20,000 bases of DNA from an uncultured virus (IMG/VR IMGVR_UViG_2758568038_000001) (taxonomy: Duplodnaviria > Heunggongvirae > Uroviricota > Caudoviricetes): the IMG/VR virus record IMGVR_UViG_2758568038_000001. One strand, 5' to 3'. Below, piece after piece: positions 15,763 through 20,000 of the stretch. A model generated the notes under the pieces. The model was not told the DNA's origin and made no database searches. It was given only the letters and a program-made list of their open reading frames with translations. Within the stretch, counting starts at the first letter, position 1. The number at the start of each line of letters is the position of its first letter. The position numbers and the translations under genes are program-made.

Positions 15763-16473
15763 ATGGAACACACCTACCACTTCACGCGAGTGAGCGGTAA
15801 TGCGAAATGTGGCCCGATCCCTGTGACCACCACCAGCGCCGACAGCTGCCCACCCACCTGCAGCTTCAAGGGCAACGGCTGCTACGCCGAGTCCGGCCCG
15901 CTTGCCCTGCACTGGAAGGCCGTCAACAGCGGCAAGCGCGGCGGCACGCTCGATGAGATGTGCGCCAAGGTCGCCGCCCTGCCCCGACATCAGCTCTGGA
16001 GGCACAACCAGGCTGGGGACCTACCGGTGAGCGCGCCGGGGCGCATCCACTACGCCTCTGTGCGCCAGATCATCGCCGCCAACAAAGGGCGTCGTGGGTT
16101 CACTTACACCCACCACAAGCCCACGGCGGCCAACCGCGCCATCGTGGCTGAGGCCAACAACCAGGGCTTCACGGTGAACTGGTCAGCCGAGACGCTGGAG
16201 CAGGCTGATGCGTACGCCGCCCTGGGCACGGGGCCAGTGGTGTGCGTGCTGCCTGCCGACCAGCTCACGCCCGTGCGCACACCGGGCGGGCGCCTCGTGA
16301 CGGTGTGCCCTGCGGTCACCGGCAACACCGACTGCCTCAACTGCGGCATCTGCCAGCAGCGCGACCGCCAGGCTATCGTGGGCTTCCCTGCGCACGGCTC
16401 GGGCGCCAAGCGCGTGCAGAAGGTGTTCTTCATGCAGAAGGTCCCGACTATGTCCGAGGCTATGACAACATGA
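15763..16473 (+). CDS. Cys-rich phage protein (Gp88-like, radical-SAM-like Cys motif)
   Basis: NAK.G, CPPTC-x6-CYA, RHNQAGD, FTYTH, CPA..CLNCGIC and FPAHG motifs. Confidence 0.75.
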   Translation: MEHTYHFTRVSGNAKCGPIPVTTTSADSCPPTCSFKGNGCYAESGPLALHWKAVNSGKRGGTLDEMCAKVAALPRHQLWRHNQAGDLPVSAPGRIHYASVRQIIAANKGRRGFTYTHHKPTAANRAIVAEANNQGFTVNWSAETLEQADAYAALGTGPVVCVLPADQLTPVRTPGGRLVTVCPAVTGNTDCLNCGICQQRDRQAIVGFPAHGSGAKRVQKVFFMQKVPTMSEAMTT

Positions 16474-16484
16474 CGCGTTATGAC
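16449..16484. repeat. Four short direct repeats YATGWC (16449, 16461, 16469, 16479), candidate integrase arm-type sites
   Basis: TATGTC, TATGAC, CATGAC and TATGAC clustered about 100-130 bp from the tRNA 3' end. Confidence 0.5.
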
Positions 16485-16517
16485 GTTGCTCTACGCGTTC
16501 TTTCAACGAACGGGCCA

Positions 16518-16552
16518 AGAAAAAAGGACTTAGCCGTTACAGCTAAGTCCTT
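16518..16552 (-). terminator. Terminator for tRNA-Val, located on the prophage side
   Basis: Perfect 11-bp stem AAGGACTTAGC-7 nt-GCTAAGTCCTT (16524-16552) followed by a U-rich run on the minus strand. Confidence 0.7.
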
Positions 16553-16556
16553 GATT
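16544..16556 (-). promoter_or_regulatory. IHF binding site at the att junction
   Basis: Minus strand AATCAAGGACTTA matches the consensus WATCAANNNNTTR exactly, 25 bp from the tRNA end. Confidence 0.65.
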
Positions 16557-16580
16557 TCATTCAGTTTTTGGTCAGAAAAC

Positions 16581-16657
16581 TGGTAGGCGCGATTGGACTC
16601 GAACCAACGACCCCCACCATGTCAAGGTGGTGCTCTAACCAGCTGAGCTACGCGCCT
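16581..16657 (-). tRNA. tRNA-Val (anticodon GAC); probable attachment site
   Basis: Reverse complement AGGCGCGTAGCTCAGCTGGTTAGAGCACCACCTTGACATGGTGGGGGTCGTTGGTTCGAGTCCAATCGCGCCTACCA folds as a cloverleaf with TTCGA T-loop and encoded CCA. Confidence 0.97.
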
Positions 16658-16669
16658 GTTTGTATTCGA

Positions 16670-16685
16670 GAGAGCGATTGTAGCA
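16670..16685 (-). promoter_or_regulatory. tRNA promoter with extended -10
   Basis: Minus strand TGC-TACAAT followed by a GC-rich discriminator CGCTCTC, about 20 nt upstream of the tRNA. Confidence 0.6.
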
Positions 16686-16755
16686 GTAAAAAACCGGGTT
16701 TTGGACACCTGCGAAAAATTGGTGAAACCTTCAGCCTGAGTGGCAGCACAGTCGG

Positions 16756-18969
16756 TCAGCGTCGCCGCGCCGAGCGCACGCCCGCCACGCTGGCGACAAT
16801 CGCGAGCACCTTGTTGAGGCGGCCGGAGTCGGCGACTTCCACGGTGAAGGTCATCCATGCCGTGCCCTTGACCGACTGGGTCTGCACACCGATGACGTTG
16901 GTTTTCTCCCGCGCAAACACTTCCGAGATATCGCGCAACAAACCCTGACGGTCGGCGGCCTCCACCGCCACGTCGACGGGATACACGGCTGCACCCGCCG
17001 CGGATTTGGGCGTGCCCCATTCCACTTCGATCACCCGTTCGCTGCTGCGCGCCGCCATCTCCCGGAAGTTGCTGCAGTCTGCGCGGTGCACGCTCACGCC
17101 CTTGCCCCGGGTGACAAAGCCACGGATATTGTCGGGCGGCGCCGGTTTGCAGCACTTGGCCAGTTGCGTCATGAGCGAGTCGATCCCCACCACCAGCACG
17201 CCGCCCTTGGGGGCAGATTCGTTGGTGCGGGTCTTTTTCAGCAGCAGGTAATCGTCGGGTTGCAGCACCGGCTCGGGTGGGCGCAGAAGGGTTTCGATGC
17301 TGCGCAGTGAAAACTCGTCCTTGCCCACCACCTCGAACAGCGCGTCGGCCGACTTGAACCCCAGCTGCACCGCCAGGTCGTCCAGCTTCATGGCCGTCTT
17401 GCCTTCGCGCTGCAGCAGTTTTTCAACCGCCTCGCGACCCCGGGCCACCGTTTCGTGGGTGACCTGGGCGTTGAACCAGGCGCGCACCTTGGCCTTGGCC
17501 CGGTTGCTGATGAGGTAGCCCAATTCGGCATTGAGCCAGTCGCGCGAGGGGCGGCCTTCCTTGACGGTGACGATCTCCACGGTCTGGCCGTTCTGCAGCG
17601 GTGTGTTGAGCGGCACCATCACGCCGTCGACCTTTGCGCCGCGGCAGCGGTGGCCCAGGCTGGTGTGCACGCTGTAGGCAAAGTCCACGGGGGTGGCGCC
17701 CTGGGGCAGGTCCACCACGGCGGCCTCGGGGGTCAGCACGTAGATGCGATCTTCGAACAGGCCGCGGTTCTGCACGGTGCCGGCCAGATCGCGCTCCCAC
17801 GCCAGCAACTGGCGCAGCACCGCGATCTTGGCGTCGTATTCGCCGCTGGCCGACACGCCCGCATAGCCCTTGCTGCCCGCCTCTTTGTAGGCCCAGTGCG
17901 CCGCCACACCGTGCTCGGCATGGTCGTGCATGGCCTGGGTGCGGATCTGGATTTCGATAGGTTTGCCGGCGGCGTCGCGCACGATGGTGTGCAGCGACTG
18001 GTAGCCATTGGGCTTGGGGCGCGCGATGTAGTCATCGAACTCCTCCACGATAGGCGTGAACTGCTCGTGCACCCAGCTCAGGGCTGCATAGCAGTCCTTG
18101 ACCGACGGCACCACCACGCGCAAGGCCCGGATATCCAGCACCTGATCGAAGTTGAGCGACTTGCCGCGCATCTTCTTGACGATGCTGTAGATGTGCTTGG
18201 GCCGCCCCTGCACGCTGGCGCTGATGCTGCGCGCGCGCAGGTCGGACTCCAGCCGCGCGCGCAGCTGCTCCATATAAACCTCGCGCTCGCCGCGCTTTTC
18301 GTCGAGCAGGCGGGCAACCTCCTTGTAGGTCTCGGGCTCCAGAAAGCGGAACGACAGGTCCTCCAGCTCCCATTTCACCTGCCAGATGCCCAGCCGGTTG
18401 GCCAGCGGGGCAAACACCTGCAGCGATTCGCGCGCCAGGCTGGGCGACACCGGGGTTTTGCTGGCCGCATGAAAGCGCAGCGTCTGCAGACGCGACGCCA
18501 GGCGCAACATCACCACCCGCAGGTCGCGCGAAAAGGCCAGCAGCATTTTGCGCACGTTCTCGGTCTGCACCGCCGGGTCGTCCACCTGCTGGGCGCCACG
18601 CGCCTGCCGCTGCACGCGCATCAGATTGGTGGTCTCCACCGCCAGGGCCGCAAAGTTGTCGCCAAAGGCCTTGGCGATCACCTCGTGGGGCTTGGTCAGG
18701 TGCCCGCAGGCATACACCAGGTAGCTGGCTGCCTGCATGGCCTCTGACCCCCCAATGGCTTTGAGGATGGCGGCCACGGCGTCGGCATGGGCCAGGGTGT
18801 TCTCACCGGAATCGAGCGTCTCGCCCACCATGAGGGGCTCGGCAAAGGCGCGCGCGCGCGCCAGGGCATTGACCTGCTCAGGCAATGTGTGGGCCGTTGC
18901 GGCAATAAGTTGCGGCAATGTATCAGCCATAGGCGCATGCACCGCCGCCGACGGAGAGTGCGTTTTCAT
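16756..18969 (-). CDS. relA: (p)ppGpp synthetase RelA (long RSH with degenerate hydrolase)
   Basis: APLANRLGI, GRPKHIYSI, EFDDY (ExDD), NGYQSLHT, EIQIRT, AAHWAYK, then TGS, CC zinc-finger and ACT domains. The HD motif is replaced (AASYLVY). Confidence 0.95.
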   Translation of the reverse strand: MKTHSPSAAVHAPMADTLPQLIAATAHTLPEQVNALARARAFAEPLMVGETLDSGENTLAHADAVAAILKAIGGSEAMQAASYLVYACGHLTKPHEVIAKAFGDNFAALAVETTNLMRVQRQARGAQQVDDPAVQTENVRKMLLAFSRDLRVVMLRLASRLQTLRFHAASKTPVSPSLARESLQVFAPLANRLGIWQVKWELEDLSFRFLEPETYKEVARLLDEKRGEREVYMEQLRARLESDLRARSISASVQGRPKHIYSIVKKMRGKSLNFDQVLDIRALRVVVPSVKDCYAALSWVHEQFTPIVEEFDDYIARPKPNGYQSLHTIVRDAAGKPIEIQIRTQAMHDHAEHGVAAHWAYKEAGSKGYAGVSASGEYDAKIAVLRQLLAWERDLAGTVQNRGLFEDRIYVLTPEAAVVDLPQGATPVDFAYSVHTSLGHRCRGAKVDGVMVPLNTPLQNGQTVEIVTVKEGRPSRDWLNAELGYLISNRAKAKVRAWFNAQVTHETVARGREAVEKLLQREGKTAMKLDDLAVQLGFKSADALFEVVGKDEFSLRSIETLLRPPEPVLQPDDYLLLKKTRTNESAPKGGVLVVGIDSLMTQLAKCCKPAPPDNIRGFVTRGKGVSVHRADCSNFREMAARSSERVIEVEWGTPKSAAGAAVYPVDVAVEAADRQGLLRDISEVFAREKTNVIGVQTQSVKGTAWMTFTVEVADSGRLNKVLAIVASVAGVRSARRR

Positions 18970-20000
18970 GCAGTCACCGTTTCTTGGGGGGCCAGCAAAA
19001 AGTCCATCACGGCCGTCACCTGGTCTTGCGCCATCAAGGTGGGCGCATGCCCCACGCCCTCGAACTCCACGAGTTTTGCCCTCGGCCCACGGCGCGTCAT
19101 GGCCTGGGCGGTTTCTGGCGCCAGCAAGTCGGACTGCGTGCCGCGCAGCAGCAGCGTGCGCGCCTGGATGCGGTCATAGAGCTGCCACAGCTGCAGCGCA
19201 CCTGCAGCAGAGGCCTCGGGTGTCATGGCCCCAAAAGCCTGCGCGATGGCGGGGTCGTAATGCAGCGCCAGGCCGCCACCCGGCAAGGCCCGCACCATGG
19301 GCCGCGACAGTTCCAGCCATTGCTCGGGGGTGTGCGGGCCAAAGCTCGACGAAATGGCCCACATGGCATCGGCCGCCTGCTGCAGCGAATCAAAGCGCAC
19401 CGGCGCGCCCAGATACTGGCCGATGCGCTGCAGGGCCAGCCATTCGATGGCGGGCCCCACATCGTTGAGCACCAGCCGGCGCACCGGCACGGCCAGCGGC
19501 CACAGGCTGCCCACGGCAGCGGCAGACGTTGCAGCGGATGGGCGAGGTTCTTGGGGTTCATCGGGCACGCCCAGCCCCGGCTGGCCACACAGGGCCATGC
19601 CGATCAGCCCGCCCATGCTAGTGCCCACCCAGTCCAGCGTCTGCACCGGGGCCTGGCGCTGCAGTTGGCCCAGCAAAGCCAGCATGTCGGCCACGTATTG
19701 GGGAATCTGGTAGCCGGCGGGGTCGGCCAGCCAGTCGCTCTGGCCGCGGCCCACCACATCGGGGCAGATGACCCGGGCGTGGCGACCCAGCGTGCGCGCC
19801 AGGGTGTCGAAATCACGCCCCTGGCGCGAGAGGCCGTGCACGCACACCACCACATGCGGATGGGCCGGATTGCCGGTGCCGTTCCACTCCCAGTACGCCA
19901 TGCGGTGCTGCGCTGGCGGGCTGGCCAACGCCCCACCGAAGGGGCCCGCCGCAGAGGCGGCGCCAGGGCACAGTACGTAGTTCAGCGTAGGTTCAATCAT
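18966..20000 (-). CDS. Alpha/beta-fold hydrolase
   Basis: CVHGL, PDVVGRGQS, nucleophile GTSMGG, and GVGHAP; overlaps the relA start. Confidence 0.92.
   Translation of the reverse strand: MIEPTLNYVLCPGAASAAGPFGGALASPPAQHRMAYWEWNGTGNPAHPHVVVCVHGLSRQGRDFDTLARTLGRHARVICPDVVGRGQSDWLADPAGYQIPQYVADMLALLGQLQRQAPVQTLDWVGTSMGGLIGMALCGQPGLGVPDEPQEPRPSAATSAAAVGSLWPLAVPVRRLVLNDVGPAIEWLALQRIGQYLGAPVRFDSLQQAADAMWAISSSFGPHTPEQWLELSRPMVRALPGGGLALHYDPAIAQAFGAMTPEASAAGALQLWQLYDRIQARTLLLRGTQSDLLAPETAQAMTRRGPRAKLVEFEGVGHAPTLMAQDQVTAVMDFLLAPQETVTA

Larger units (their letters stand above)
1..16580 (+). mobile_element. Prophage arm (replication, recombination and integration genes) integrated at tRNA-Val; continues beyond the left window edge
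   Basis: Dense co-oriented run of phage-type genes (helicase, PolA, ligase, dUTPase, Xis/Int, HNH) with many ATGA/TGATG/TAATG overlaps. It ends at the 3' end of a tRNA gene, beyond which are housekeeping genes on the opposite strand. Confidence 0.93.

Noticed and set aside
16568..16948. Plus-strand ORF across the tRNA
   Set aside because: It is the translated antisense of tRNA-Val and the relA 3' end.
18690..18740. Missing HD motif in the RSH protein as a sign of pseudogenisation
   Set aside because: A degenerate hydrolase domain is normal for RelA in beta- and gammaproteobacteria; the ORF is intact.
17455..18747. 430-aa plus-strand ORF opposite relA
   Set aside because: Antisense shadow of a conserved housekeeping gene.

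Overview
The left ~16.6 kb is one arm of a temperate prophage, all on the + strand and mostly translationally coupled. It is integrated at the 3' end of a tRNA-Val(GAC) gene (16581-16657, - strand) of a GC-rich host, probably a Comamonadaceae-like betaproteobacterium. The arm encodes a VWA protein, a Cas4-like PD-(D/E)XK exonuclease, an SNF2-type helicase, a family A DNA polymerase, a DEDDh exonuclease, a DUF3310 protein, a VRR-NUC-like nuclease, a TraR/DksA zinc finger, an ATP-dependent ligase, a dimeric dUTPase, Xis, Int, an HNH-AP2 endonuclease and a Cys-rich Gp88-like protein. The host side holds relA and an alpha/beta hydrolase. The most striking element is a 289-aa intein in polymerase motif B (4543-5409). 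It has no endonuclease in its own frame but encodes an apparently complete HNH-type endonuclease in an overlapping frame (about 4620/4746-5363). Just upstream of that nested ORF, inside the intein coding sequence, lies a 19-bp AT-rich motif (TCTTTYATCTAT-N3-MGAT) that recurs at two gene boundaries of the prophage, suggesting the nested endonuclease is expressed independently through a phage regulatory site. All family assignments come from motif recognition by eye; no database searches were run.
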